A stretch of 64,000 nt of DNA from NCBI GenBank assembly GCA_964106915.2, contig OZ066926.1, one strand, 5' to 3'. The notes under the pieces were generated by a model. It saw only the letters and a program-made list of their open reading frames with translations. It had not been told where the DNA came from and searched no databases. This DNA is from Podarcis gaigeae. Taxonomy: Eukaryota. Shown here piece after piece: positions 1-12,649 of the stretch. Position 1 is the stretch's first letter, and each line of letters begins with the position of its first letter. The position numbers and the translations under genes were made by a program.

Positions 1-336
1 ACTAAGACTAGTTGGGATGCAACAGTTCCAAGATGCTGGGGTAGAATGGGCGCGAGTAGGTGACAGATTATTATTATTTATTAAATTTGTATAGAAGGTT
101 CATGTGGAGAAATGCAGGAGAAAGAGCGAGAAGCAGCTTGAAATACCTCTGCTGCTCTTTTCTTTTGATTTTAGCATAGGAACATGCAAGGCCTGCAAGC
201 ATGTCATCAAAGTTAGCAGCTTTCCTGCCCCTTCTTGCTTATATTATAAGTCCAGAACACCGTATGAAGGCAAGTAGTACAGCCGCCCTGCTGGAACTAA
301 GCAGTGCCCAGGTGGACTATCGCCTGGGAATCATGC

Positions 337-337
<1 letters not shown>

Positions 338-382
<45 letters not shown>

Positions 383-690
383 TTACTTACACCCTGCCCA
401 TCTGGCCGGGCCTCCCCAGCCACTCTGGGTGGCTTCCAGCATAATATTAAAAACACGATAAAACATTAAAAACTTCCCCTAAGCAGAGCTGCCTTCGTAT
501 GTCGTCTAAAAGTCAGATAGTTATTTATTTCCTTGACACCCGATGGGAGGGCGTTCCACAGGGCGGGCGCCACTACTGAGAAGGCCCTCTGCCTGGTTCC
601 CTGTAGCTTCACTTCTCGCAGTGAGGGAACCTCCAGAAGGCCCTCGGAGATGGACCTCTGTGTCCTGGCTGAACAACGGGGGTGGAGAGC
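338..690 (-). mobile_element. L2-type LINE 3' fragment with (ATT)n tail, in the last DBP intron
   Basis: Minus-strand translation ...GLLEVP...RAFSVVAPALWNALP...TFRRHTKAAL matches the L2 ORF2 C-terminus. The (AAT)n at 338-378 is its tail. The same family recurs at ~23530, 47215 and 48150. Confidence 0.8.
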
Positions 691-813
691 TTTGAGCTCC
701 CTGGACAAAAAGTAGATTTATTAAAATAATAAACAGCAATTTGTGGCCTCCAAAAGAGAGCCGACTCTTCTCAAGCCCACACTGACCTGTTTCGTTTTGT
801 TTCTCCTACCTAG

Positions 814-1029
814 GACGAGAAATACTGGAACAGGCGGTACAAGAACAACGAAGCAGCCAAACGCTCACGGGACGCCCGCCGCCTGAAGGAGAATCAGATC
901 ACGGTCCGAGCAGCCTTCCTGGAGAAGGAGAACGCCGTCCTGCGCCAGGAAGTGGCCAACATCCGCCAGGAACTGACCCGTTACCGCAGCATCCTCTCCA
1001 AGTACGAATCGCAGCACGGCACCTTGTAA
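814..1029 (+). CDS. DBP: D-box binding PAR bZIP transcription factor, last coding exon (bZIP basic region and leucine zipper)
   Basis: Acceptor ttctcctacctag|GAC at 814. Translates [77 protein letters not shown] and the QHGxL end are DBP-like, and the gene order DBP-SPHK2-RPL18 matches human. Confidence 0.95.
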   Translation, partial: DEKYWNRRYKNNEAAKRSRDARRLKENQITVRAAFLEKENAVLRQEVANIRQELTRYRSILSKYESQHGTL

Positions 1030-2563
1030 GGCCCGCGGCAGCAGACGGCTGCGCTCTTCTCCACCGCTCCACCGCTCTGACGCGGTGGGGCCACCCTGGT
1101 TTTTCAACCCTGACCCCCGTCTTCCCGAACCGGGCAAACAAATAATCAAACAACAGATGTTTGGAATAAGGGGAAAGGTCCCGAGACGGACGATTCCCCA
1201 CGTGCGGGGACTGCCGTGCTCCAGGTACTCGACAGAAGGGATAAGACTTCCTGGGTTTGGCCTGAGCTGACCCTCGCCAAGAAAAAGGGCAGTGACTTGG
1301 GAAACGTTGAACTGGGCATCGTAGGCACACGAGACACACCGCGAACACACAAGGGCTCTGTAGCACACTGGAAGATGTATTACACACACACACACACACA
1401 CGTGCACACAGTACCCATTCTCTCTCTCTCCACGTACATGCTAGAGTTTGGTTCGTTGGCAGACTTTTCTCTCCAAACGGCAGAATTCAGCCCCAGATTG
1501 CTGCAGCTACTCACCTCTGCTTGCCCTGTTGTGGCATTTGGCTCAGTGGCACAGTTGGCCCAAGGAGGCATCAGGGTGCCCGTGCGTGCTTGCTTGCTTT
1601 TTTCTTCCAACAGCATCGTTTTTCAGTGGACATTTCTTCTTCTTCTTTTGCACACAATTTCTTCGACTCCTTTCTCCCGTCGACTCTTTTGTCAGGGTTG
1701 GTGGGGAAGGACACGAGAAGGCTGCAAAAGTGGACCCCCACCCCCGAGCCGTTCTGGGACGCCCATCTCGCAGCGGGTATCGAACCACTAAGCCCTCCTC
1801 CCGCTGCACCCTTTGCAAAGAGAACTTAGAGGAGGCCTGGCACCCTGAGAAAAAAGAGGACACAGGAGCGTTGTTTTTCTCTCTCTTCCTTTTGATACCA
1901 GTAAACGTCAAGACTTCTGCCTGCGAAATGCCAAATTAGAAAAACGAAAAGAAAAAACGGGTTGTGCACTCAATATTTTTTTCCACAATTGGACAAAAGG
2001 GGCTTTGTGTCAGAGGGCAGGTGTATGGGTTGTTAGTTGAATGATTACGATTATCTTATTCTTACTATTATACCTGTTTTCAGTTAAAAGGCAAGTGATG
2101 GTTTCTGTTATTTTCCCCCCTTCCACCACACCACACTTTTCCTCATGTTTTGTGTCCAACACTGTCTGATGTACGTCATATGTATAGAAACTAAAAGAAA
2201 AATGAAAAACACAGAACCTCATTGGTGACCCTCCATAAATATGAACATATATATAAATATATATATATAATTTTCTCTTTTTTTGTAAGGCAAAAAGTAT
2301 ATATAGAGGCTCCAGGAGAGACTTGAGAGATTATGTTCTTCTTAATTGGGGAAAGGATGGTTCTTTCGTACAGAAAGTGAATGGGGGGGTAAGGGGGAGG
2401 GGGGAATACGGTATTTTTATCCCCTTTGGGGAGGTTCCTAGTCTTTTTAATTTTCCATGTAACAGTGTTGCTGAAGACTTTGGGGGATGAAACCTCCGGA
2501 CTTGACGGAAGGCTTTTATTTCGAAAGGAGGTTTACACAGTTGTATACCATGAGCAAACTAGG

Positions 2564-2569
2564 AATAAA
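2564..2569 (+). terminator. DBP: Candidate DBP polyadenylation signal (AATAAA)
   Basis: AATAAA after ~1.5 kb of largely TE-free sequence, followed by GT/T-rich tcttttgtgtcgtttgtatt. Confidence 0.55.
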
Positions 2570-3823
2570 GAAAGACAGGATTTTAAAAAAAGAGCGAACG
2601 AAACCCGAGATCTTTTGTGTCGTTTGTATTAACCTTTCCGTGCACGGCTCAGATTTTACCAACCTGGTGCCTTCCTCTTGCTGTACTACAAGTCCCATCA
2701 GCCTCAGCCATTTCTGGGGTTCTTTGGTCCACTCATTCACAGAAAGGTGTCATTTCCCTATCATTTGCTAATGTCCTGCTGTAACAGGTAAAAAGGAGAC
2801 TTAAAGGAAAACAGCTATGTTAATTGGTGGGAGAGGAGGAGGAACCCACCAGCATTCTGTGCAAAGACAACTAAATTCTGCAAATTGTACCGATTTGCAC
2901 ATTCCTGCCCATTTTGCAGCAGAGATTTGGCTTCAGGCGTTCAGAGCAGGGGACAAAGAGACAGAAACACAGGGAAGTGCATCATACAGAGTGAGACCAT
3001 TGGTCTATCCAGCTCCGTACTGTCTCCAGCAGGGGTTCCCCAAAGAGAGGTCATTGAACCACCAGTGGTCTGCAAGCTTCATTCAGGTGGCCTGTGGTGT
3101 GTATGGCTTTGCGGTTGAAGATGGGAGAGGGTACATCCCTGTGTTCAATATTCCTCTCTGCTTCTAATCGTAATTCTGTTGCTTAGAGCAACAGAAACAC
3201 AATTAAAAATCGTGCATCAATCTGGTACAGGGCATTGCAGTCACTGCAACAAGCAGATAAAACCATTAAGCAGCCCTCTGCTATTCTCAAGAGATCCATG
3301 GGGGAGAAAGTATTAGGAACCACTCACCTACACTGACAACAGCTCTCCAGGATTTCGGACTGGACATTCCCAGCCTTACCTAGAGTTGCTGGGCACATGC
3401 TGCATGCAGGCCAAGTAGATGCCCTGCCACTAAGCTGTAGCCCATCAGCATCCTCTAAAAAGCCCAGCTTGCCCCTATCACCAGCTTCCAATGTTTCATT
3501 AAGCCAGGGGTGAGGAACCTGTGGTCCTCACGTTGGACTCCCAGCTCGCATCACCCTTAGCCAGCTTGGTCAGTGATGATGGGCATTGTAGTCCATCTGG
3601 AGGGCCAAAGTTTCCCACACCTGCCTTACAAGATGGAGCAAGCCTGTGTAGGAGTCGTTGGGCCTTCAGTTCCCAAACTGATTCTGCAAACCACCTTTGT
3701 GAGGAGACCTTGTATTAAGGTTGGTGCGTATAAATTGAGAGAGACTGGTTTTCTTTTTTATGTGTTATTTTATTATTACATATATATCATGCACAGAGGT
3801 GGGTGGGTGGGCAGTGTCTAGAG

Positions 3824-3950
3824 CAGGGTTTCCCAAACGTGGGCTTCCAGCTGTTTTTGAACTACAGTTCCCATCATCCCTGACCACTGGTCCTAGCTAT
3901 GGATGATGGGAGTTGTAGTCCCAAAACAGTTGCAAACCTAAGTTTGGAAA
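3824..3950. mobile_element. Short palindromic hAT-like MITE
   Basis: Starts CAGGG. Internal inverted repeats actacagttcccatcatcc / ggatgatgggagttgtagt. Related copies at ~3506, 4378, 23060, 26520, 54870 and 55230. Confidence 0.6.
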
Positions 3951-3959
3951 ATAGAGCTT

Positions 3960-4170
3960 ATTTGTTGCATTTATATCCCACCTTTTTCTCCAAGGAGCTC
4001 AGGGTGGTGTATGTGGCTCTCCCCTCCACCTCAGTTAACACTCCCCCTTGTGAGGTATGTTAAGCGGAGAGACAATGACTGGCCCAAGGTCACCCAGTGA
4101 GAATCATGGCTGAGTGGGCATTTGAACCCTGGTCCCCAATGTCCTAGCCCAGCACACTAACCACACTGAC
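3960..4170 (-). mobile_element. MIR-like (tRNA/CORE) SINE
   Basis: Reverse complement of the MIR-type core (tgactggcccaaggtcacccagtgag...tttgaaccc). Confidence 0.7.
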
Positions 4171-4377
4171 AAGAAAGTGCAAACTGCACGAAGATGTCAT
4201 CACTGGGTGCTTCTAGATGGGAACCTTGTTTTGCAACTGTGTCACAAAGATCTGATTTTATTCCCCCCCCCCCCATTTCCTCTGTGGCACACAAGCTTCT
4301 TCACTTTCTCATGCCTGCCTCAGTCGATTGGTATTCATTGCTGCTCTGACACTTGCTGTCCACATGAGTGACCAGAA

Positions 4378-4514
4378 CAGGCTTCCTCAGCCTCAGCCCT
4401 CCAGGTGTTTTTGGCCTACAACTCCCATGATCCCTAGCTAGCAGGACCAGTGGTCAGGGATGATGGGAATTGTAGTCTCAAAACATCTGGAGGGCCAAGG
4501 ATGAGGAAGCTTGG
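4378..4514. mobile_element. Short palindromic hAT-like MITE
   Basis: Terminal inverted repeats caggcttcctca / tgaggaagcttg plus an internal palindrome. Confidence 0.65.
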
Positions 4515-5245
4515 ACTAGGTATGTATTGTATTTCTGTTCTTCGGGCTTCGGCCATTCTTTCTGCTACTTTTTTCCATTCTGGGCATACGTACCACTATT
4601 TCTGCACATGTGGGCACACACATTTTTTAAAATCCCAGGAAGTGTGCAAGAACAAAGACTACCAGCCTTGGTTATGATGCTTCACACAAAAGAGTGGGCA
4701 AAATACAAACTTGGAGGGAGGTGGGTGGAGATGTCCATTTCCATTTGTTGTGTTCTTTTTAATAGTAAATACTTGCACAACAGCTTTTGTTTGTTTGTTT
4801 AGCCTGCCCGTTCAAAAGTGACGAAAGACTTAGCAAAAGATTTTGCCCCCTCCCCCAGAAGCCTGATAGATGTGTACTGTGATTACATTCTCCATGAGAA
4901 TCCCTCACATTTTACTGGGTGGTGATCTTGGGGGGAAATAAGCTGCTCTGAAACAGCCATATACCTTTGGTATGCAGCAACACCTCAGTTTTGTGCCTGA
5001 GATGGCTGGAGGTAAAATTGCTAAACTGCTCAGGTGAGGAGCGGGTGTAGAGATTGAGACTACCCACTCAAACATCAGGACATTTGTCCTGCACCAGTGA
5101 GCTTTTGCATAACAGCGACTGCCGATGTATCATGGGATTTCAAAAGCAGGAATTCCCACAAGATGCGCTCGGCTCGCTTGCAGCATGTCCACATGAAACA
5201 TTTGTACTGATTTTTATTGCTTCTTTTATTTCTTTTATTGCATTG

Positions 5246-5510
5246 TGTTATGTAGTGAAGTTTCACCCTGGGCCAGCAGGGGGATACTGTATATAGTTTT
5301 CACTCAGGTCTGTAGATAGTTTTCACTCAGGTCCACGTCAGTTATTTTAGGCGGGAACTCTGGGCTGTTGTTGCTACAATGTTGACAGCCGGCTGCCTAT
5401 AAAAGCAGGCCGACTGAGCTGTTTGCAGTCAGTTCTATTCCAGCTTACAAAATAAAGAGCTACTTGGAGAAGTCGCTGTGTCGTCTACTATGTCAACCCA
5501 CAACTTAACA
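5246..5510 (+). mobile_element. Solo LTR (265 bp) with perfect 5-bp TSD
   Basis: TGTTA...TAACA termini; TSD CATTG at 5241-5245 and 5511-5515; TATAAAA ~5398 and AATAAA ~5451. Related copy at 58183-58444. Confidence 0.85.
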
Positions 5511-6379
5511 CATTGCATTTGAATTTTAAGGAATGGAAACTGCAATACAAGATCAGAAATAAAAGAAGCAATAAAAAGACAGTTCAGAACCATGCAACAT
5601 CTTGCACAGCACGTGGCAATTGCTGCAACAGGCAGAAAAACCATTCAGTGGTTCTGTCAAGACTCTGAGCAATGCTTGGTGGAGGGGAGTTTGGAAACCA
5701 CTGACTTTGAGGATTTACCATTGAGCTTAAAATGTTAGAAACAGAGAAAGTACAGGCTGGCATTTTGATATAGATGCTGCCCGGGGGCTGGGTGCATGAG
5801 CAGCGCTGATTCCAAAGTAAGCACACTTCTGGATTGTGCACTGGGTGGGTGGAGGGTGGATATAATTCAGGACAGACCAGCCACTGATGGCAGTGATAAT
5901 ATAACATGATAAATAATAGAATCAGATCAGGAAAGGCTAGGTGTAAATGCAGCCAGAAATCGGGAGAGAATATTTACAAATAAGATGCACCAAACCTTCC
6001 ATAATTGCAAGTGAGGAGCACTTCATGTTAAAGATTACAGAACAGAGACTCTGGCTGAGCTTCTACCAGGTCAAACTTCATCACTATGGTCACATCCTCT
6101 CCTACCATTTTCTTTTATCTACTTAACAAAATAAATAAATATTTATTTAAGCACTGAGAAATACGTAGGATTTCTGTTTTGGCTTAGTTGCATATGCAGG
6201 TGCATAATTGGCGCACGTTCCTTTTGAAAGCAGAGTTTGTCAATTCCTGCGAAAGATTTCTTCATCCAATTCCCACAGTTACCTTTTGTCTGTGTGTGTG
6301 TGTGCCCAAAGTGAGACGCTGGGAATTTCAGTCTTTCAATGCAGACTTCATTTTGAAGGAAATGGGCACACGATTTGAA

Positions 6380-6925
6380 GCAGCCCAGTAGTTGTTTGGA
6401 GCACCCATCTCTCTCGAGACAATGGAGGGCACCTCCAGGGGCGAAGCCAAGCTGCTGCGTTAACAGCAACAAAGTGACCTTCCCAGGGTGCAGTCCTGGG
6501 CAGCGTGTATGGAGGTCCTGGTCTGCCCAGATGACAAGACCCTCATCTCAGCCTCACTGATGAGGTCCGAAGGAAAGCAGAGCAACTTCTTAGCCTTTTA
6601 ATCTCCCAAAGATATTCCACAAGGCAGCAGAGGCGTGTTCCTTCTAGATGAGCTACCTTCCCAGGTTGAGAGGCCCCACCTGCCCCTCACTTCCCTCTAC
6701 AGCACATGCGGAAACCGCCATCTTGGACTCACTACTGGTCTCATCCCCTCATCTGCCAGAGCCTGTCTTCGCATGCAGGAGAAGCCCCTTACTCACCGAG
6801 GGTTTGAGGCCCATTGGCTACCCTCAACTGGTTTAGCCAGCCAGTCGAAGCCATTTCCCAGCTTCGAGGAGCCACAGGTGAGCACCAGCTGCAGGCTGGG
6901 GGCCAAAGATGGACAAGCTACCTCA
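6380..6925. mobile_element. Probable non-LTR retrotransposon (RTE-like) UTR fragment
   Basis: Resembles from memory a common lacertid interspersed repeat. It has no intact ORF, and the family assignment is tentative. Confidence 0.35.
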
Positions 6926-9900
6926 GAAGTAGCAGGTACTACCACCAGAAGTACTTCCCCCTCACTCTAAAACCCCATTCACCCCAAGCTGCCCAATCAG
7001 CTGTGGAGGAAGCCATTTGGGCACCTGTGGTGGTGAGCCAGGGGCAACGCGAGCTGCCCATAGGAGTGGGGCGCACCACGAAGCCTCCGGAGTCTGCCTG
7101 CCTCCTCCCACTCAGCCACCCTACAACTGGGGGGGAGGCAGCGGGCGGACTGTTTGGGCAGCTCAGAGCCTGCGTGTGCTCAAGCCACCGTGTCTCTCCC
7201 AGGAGAGACGTGTGGCTCAGGCCTGCTGCAGGCCCCACAGTGAGTGCTGCCCGGCGTTTTGTCACCCCCCTGAGTGGCAACACCTGGGGCAGCCAGCACC
7301 CCACCCCTTCCTCTGCCCCCGTGCCCAGTAGAGGCTGTTCTAAAGCATTCCAATTAAGTGATGAGCTATAAACTACCTGCAAGACTTGTCTAAAGTCTTG
7401 CAAACAAAGGTTGTGCAAGAGCTATCTCCCCATCTGAAGAATAAAGCAGGGTAGTAGTATCTGCCAGACATCAGGCTAATTTAAAGCCACTGTCTTCTAC
7501 CCACCCAGACCCATGACGAAACCGGTGATTAGCGTAAGAGAAGCTACGGATGGGTCTCCTTCTGCCTTGCCCAGTACAGCTGACTCCCCTGCAGCACTCA
7601 GGAAAAAACAAGGAGATGGATATCCATGCTATTGCTTTTATTGCATAGTTTTTTGGAGTTTTATTTTTTATTTATTTCATTTTAAACATTTATCTCGTTG
7701 ACAGGCAACACACAGGAGGCAGTTGCAGACATAAAGGTTAACCAGTACAGCACTTCAGACAGACATATAAACAACCCAAACCAAGGCTGCATTTCTCCAG
7801 TCAAAGATGCTATGGGCTGCAGCACCCACAGGACATGGGACCTTGGAGGGAGGAAGATGAGGAAAAGTGCAATGAGCTTGGAATGGACACAGTCACAGAT
7901 CTGATGCACACAAAAACAAAAGGTTGATGGGGCTCACAGGCAAGGCTGAACATCATTTCCAGGCCAGATCACCACCCCAGTTTCTACACTGCAGCCTAAA
8001 TGATATTAAAATATGCTTACATTTATGCAGCAGTGTTTAGATTTGTGGAGAGGAGGCCAGGAGGGAGGGCAGCTGCGGGGTCAACAAGACAGGGCAATGC
8101 ATCAACCCTCTTCTATTAAACTGCCTACACATCTTTTTTGTAGCAGCTTGAAGATGTAGACAGCAAATAGTCAAAGGACAGGCCTGTATCTCGAGCCAAA
8201 AAAAAATCTGTTGAGAACAAACAAGCTTTGCTGGTCAACACAGAGCTCTCGCACTGAGCTCAAGCATTAACATTTGCAACTTGGTTTATACGGAAACCAT
8301 TGGCTATTTTGGATCAAAATGAGGCGTTCTTAAAAGAAGAGAGATAATTTCGGCAGCAGCTTACAAGCTTTGTGCCCTGACAGTCTGTTAAAGGCAAGTC
8401 AGTCCATTTCCCATGTCACAGGGAGTCCCAAAAACTACAGTTCCCATCATGCTTTGTGCTTGCAAAGATGAGGACTCCAGCAGCAGCTTGGGCACCACCT
8501 GCTCGTTCCATTGTTGCTGCCATGATCTTCTGTTCCCCTCAAAGATTGCCAAGTGTGTTGTTATCCGGCAAGTGCATTTGGCCACATTTATAACACACTC
8601 TTAGACACGCTTACACAGAAGTAAGCCCCATTTAACGCCAACGGGCCTTGCTTCTGGGTAAGTGGATATAGGCCTACAGTCGTCCCCCCCTTTCATTTAG
8701 ATCCTGCCTTCATCCAAAAAATCATAGAATTGTAGTTAAAAGGGAACCTGAGGATCATCTAGTCCAACCCCCTGCAAATGCAGGAATATGCAACTGTCCC
8801 ATACGGGGATCAAACCTGCAACCTTGGCATTATCAGCACCATGCAGTCAAATGTGGGAGTCTCCAGCTGATCTCCCTTCCAAGTAGTGACCCCAAGGCTG
8901 GCTGCTTCATCCCATTTCTTCAGAACATGCAGTGGGTCCCTTCCCTAATTAGTTAATCCCACCTTTCCTCTAATTATTTTTGGATAGTGTATATATTATG
9001 GTCCCTCCCTACTTTTTTATTCTCACAACCACCCTTTAAAGTAGTTAAGGCTGAGAGCAGGCCATCAGGCAAAGATCACAGAACTTGAGTGGGGATTTCA
9101 GAGTGATTCTCCCCAATACAAATCTGACCCACTAACTCCTACATCATGCTGGTCCCTTTTATCAGGAACCTTTCAATAGGTTAGAATTAGCAGTGTTAAC
9201 ATTTTGCGCAGCAAAGAGTTCTGTGTTGCAAAGGGCACGGCTATCCATCAGAACTCGCTTTCTACAACTTCTTTTAAATGAGTTACGTAAGCTTCCACCC
9301 CACAAATGAAACTGACTCAAGCCACAGTGTGAGGAGGTGGCTGAATATTGTTTGTTAAGATGCAAACCTCCTTCACATAACCCCAGTCCCTGAGTTTCCT
9401 GGCCAGGAGCCATGACAGCTAGACTGGTTACAATCTGATTTAGGAGAATACGACTTCAGACATGCTTCTACCCCTTCACCAACTTCAGGCCTTGCACTAA
9501 AAAATAAATAAATCTCCAAAACCATTTGCCATATTTGCCTGTGTTCAAAAATGTTTCTCTGCTATCACAAGGGACTAGAACCTTGGTTGTTTAACAACAG
9601 CAGTGCTAGAAATCTCAGCCAGTTAAACATGCAGCAGGTCCCAGATTAAAAGACACAGTCTTGCCTGCCAGTTTATTTTCTCTGAGCTAAGCATTCTTGT
9701 GCAGACATGAAGATGTTAACTGAGGACAATGAGGTTGAGATGCGACAGGGGATGGGAAGAGCTGTAAGGCAAACTTGTAAACCTCTACCAAACACATGAG
9801 TAGCTCAGGGTAAGTTATTAACACCCCAGCACAGATCTATGCATTAAAATTAAGAGCAGCGATTATACAGGCTCCAGAATAAATTAAGACCAATAAGCAT

Positions 9901-11664
9901 CTGAATAATTTCTTCCTTGGCATATTTTGCATTCTATTCCCCAACATATATAAATACCAAGCTCGTATGCATTACTACTTTGAAGGAGGGGCGTGGTATC
10001 CTGTGTTCTTCCAGTGGATATATCTGATAACAATTTTTGATGGTTGCTAAGTGAGTGAGGGCAAACCTTGAGGGTTGTATGCCACTAAATTCTGCTCAGA
10101 CTCGCTGAAATTTATGTCCATAATGGGTGTGAAACATTGGACACAACCCTGAATATTGCTCCTCCAAGAATTCTGCCCACAAGTCCCAATCCTGAAAAAA
10201 ACCAATTTATTTCTGCATTGCTGAACTTCCCTCCCACCAGAACAAAAAGTGTTTCTGGAGCAGGCCCTGGCGCTGCGAGAGTGAACCGGATCTCCTCAGG
10301 GCGATTCTAAAGCTACTCTTCTTGACACTGGAACAAGTATTTAAAGCTACGGTAATCGACTGTGCAACGTTATAGGAAATATCTGTTTGTTCTTAAAGTG
10401 CAACAAGCAGCAAACAGAGAAGCGATGCTTCCTAAGACACTGCCTATGAGGTAAGCCACAAATAGAGTTATATAATATACATTTAAAAGGGGTGTGGGGA
10501 GAGAGGAGGCTCAGGCCCACAGAAGAAAGTGTTCCGCCTTGTAACCTGGCAGGCTGGGTGAGGGTTGTGGCCTGCTGCGTGCCTGAAGACGTCTCCCGCT
10601 GCCTGTTTTTACAGTCCCAGGCAAGCAGCAAAGTTTGGTGAGGGCCCTGGAAGTCCCACACAGGGCTGGCGAGCTGCAGGAGCTTGGTGGCTCTGCACAA
10701 TTGTTATCTGGACAGTAGAAAGCCCTCTCAAGAGACAATCATTCCTTGCTTCGTGGCCCCGCTTAATACGGCTGTGAGCCTACGCTTTCATACACTGACA
10801 CACACAGTTCTGTCGTCCTTTCCTCATTCCCCCCCTCCAGCCAGATCTGTGGAAATATCTACATAATTTAAAGCACATTAAATGCTCACGACTTTCCCAA
10901 AAGAATCATGGGAACTGTAGTCCGTCCCCCCAGAGCGCTACCGTTCCCGGCACCTTTAACAAACTGCAGTTCCATGGATTCTTGGAGGGGTGGGGGAGGC
11001 CATGTGCTGTGAATGTGTGCTGACGGTGCTTTAAAAGTATGGATCTGCCCTTTTCTGATCAACACTTCTTAGTGATGGATTCACCAGCTCCCACTAGCAA
11101 CTTGTGGGAAATAGGGAGAGAGTGGGAAATAGGGCATGCTAAAGTATTACTAAAAAATGCCTAGGAACGTTCACATGAACAAAGAAAATAAAAAATCTTG
11201 GTCCCTTCGATCGGCTTTCCTTTTCAAACAGCAGTCATTTAAGCCCACGCTAATGGCAGAGGATCCCGAATTCCCCCAGTTTCCTCCTGAGTCGGCCTTA
11301 CATGCCACCTAAACACCACATAGCAACTGCCACAGAGGGTCTTTTTCCCAGAGAGGAAGCCCCCCTCCTTGCTGTGGCAGGCAGAGGTCTCTGTGTTGCC
11401 TCCCAACAGTGTCATCCATATGCTCCAATTACAGGGATCAAAATAACAGCCTGGCTCTCAGGAGGTTTCTGAGATGGAAACTTTGCAGGATGGCCTTTCC
11501 TTTGTAAATAAAACCTGCTCTCTCTCACACGCACTTCTCCAGCTACAGTCAGAGTAAAGACAAAAACCAGCAGCTAAAGAACGTAAAAACTGCTTGTTAA
11601 CCTAACAGGACCGTGAGCAGTCATGTTAACAAAGAGCAGCCAATGGCCCAAGTCCAGGCCTACC

Positions 11665-11965
11665 TAGGCCACATTCACACCTTACATTTAAAACACCACC
11701 ACACCACTTTAAACAATCATGGCTTGCCCCAAAGAATTCTGGGAGCTGTAGTTTGTGAAGGGTGCTGTGCGTTGGTAGGCTGTCCCTATTCCCCTCACAG
11801 AGTTTAAAATTCCCAGAATGGTTTAAGGATCAGTCCCCCTTTCCCACCCCCTTCCAACACCTCCTGGCACCCTTAACAAACTACATGTCCCAGAAGTCTT
11901 TGGTGGAAAGCCACAACTGTTTAAATTGGTTTTGTGGTGCTTTCAATGCATGGTGTTGATGTGTC
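11665..11965. mobile_element. Palindromic non-autonomous DNA transposon (MITE)
   Basis: Inverted arms cacattcacacc..catttaaa / ttcaatgcatggtgttgatgtg. Related copies at ~10845, 21620, 39355, 54660 and 56580. Confidence 0.5.
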
Positions 11966-12643
11966 CACTGCAGGGAAGAATCTCATTTCCACCTTTCATT
12001 GCAAAGTTGTTTTTTTCAGATGCAAATGGTGGGGCAAATGGTGTCCCACAGTGGCTAAAGAGATGCCTGTGGAAAGCCCACAGACAGGACATGAGCACAA
12101 CCGCACTCTCTCACTCATGCTCTCCAGCAGCCAGGATTCAGAGGCTTGGATACTGGAGGCATCGTGAGGAGGAGCCAATGATGGCCTTATCCTCTGCGAA
12201 TCTTTCTAACCGCCTTTTAAAACAGTCACGCTTAACAATGTACTCTGCGAAGAGAAAGGACAGAACAAAGGAAGTAATGTGGGGCTTTCAGCAAATTAGG
12301 AACCCTATTATGTTTTGCTCCAGTGCTGGCCTAGACGTCCACCCACTAGGTCGACCTTTGATATACAGGCTTTCTCCCATGAGGAAGTGGGGAAAGGTTT
12401 TGCCGGTGGAATTTGCCAACTTAAATCTCCCGATTCGACATCTCTTAAGATGTATGGTGAACATGTATGGTGAACATCATTTCATATACGCACACACACA
12501 CACATATCCATTACAGTATTGGATCATTTTAATTGCTTGTTAACCCCCACATAGTGGGGAGAAAAGAATAATAACAAATCACCCTACCAAAGTTAAGCCC
12601 CCACCCGTGAGAAGAAGAAAAAATTCCAGTTACATTCATCAAG

Positions 12644-12649
12644 TTTATT
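12644..12649 (-). terminator. SPHK2: Candidate SPHK2 polyadenylation signal (AATAAA on minus strand)
   Basis: tttatt on the + strand, ~1.33 kb downstream of the SPHK2 stop. The intervening sequence is TE-free and UTR-like. Confidence 0.55.

Noticed and set aside
6555-6585. ctgatgaggtccgaaggaaag resembling a hammerhead ribozyme core
   Set aside because: Stem II does not close onto a proper GAAA, I could not build stems I/III, and it lies within an interspersed repeat.
6814-7418. Overlapping 159-185 aa ORFs
   Set aside because: GC-rich repeat-like sequence with no protein motif and no coherent splice structure.
11926-12543. 205-aa ORF
   Set aside because: Runs through MITE and CR1-type repeat fragments; no recognisable domain.
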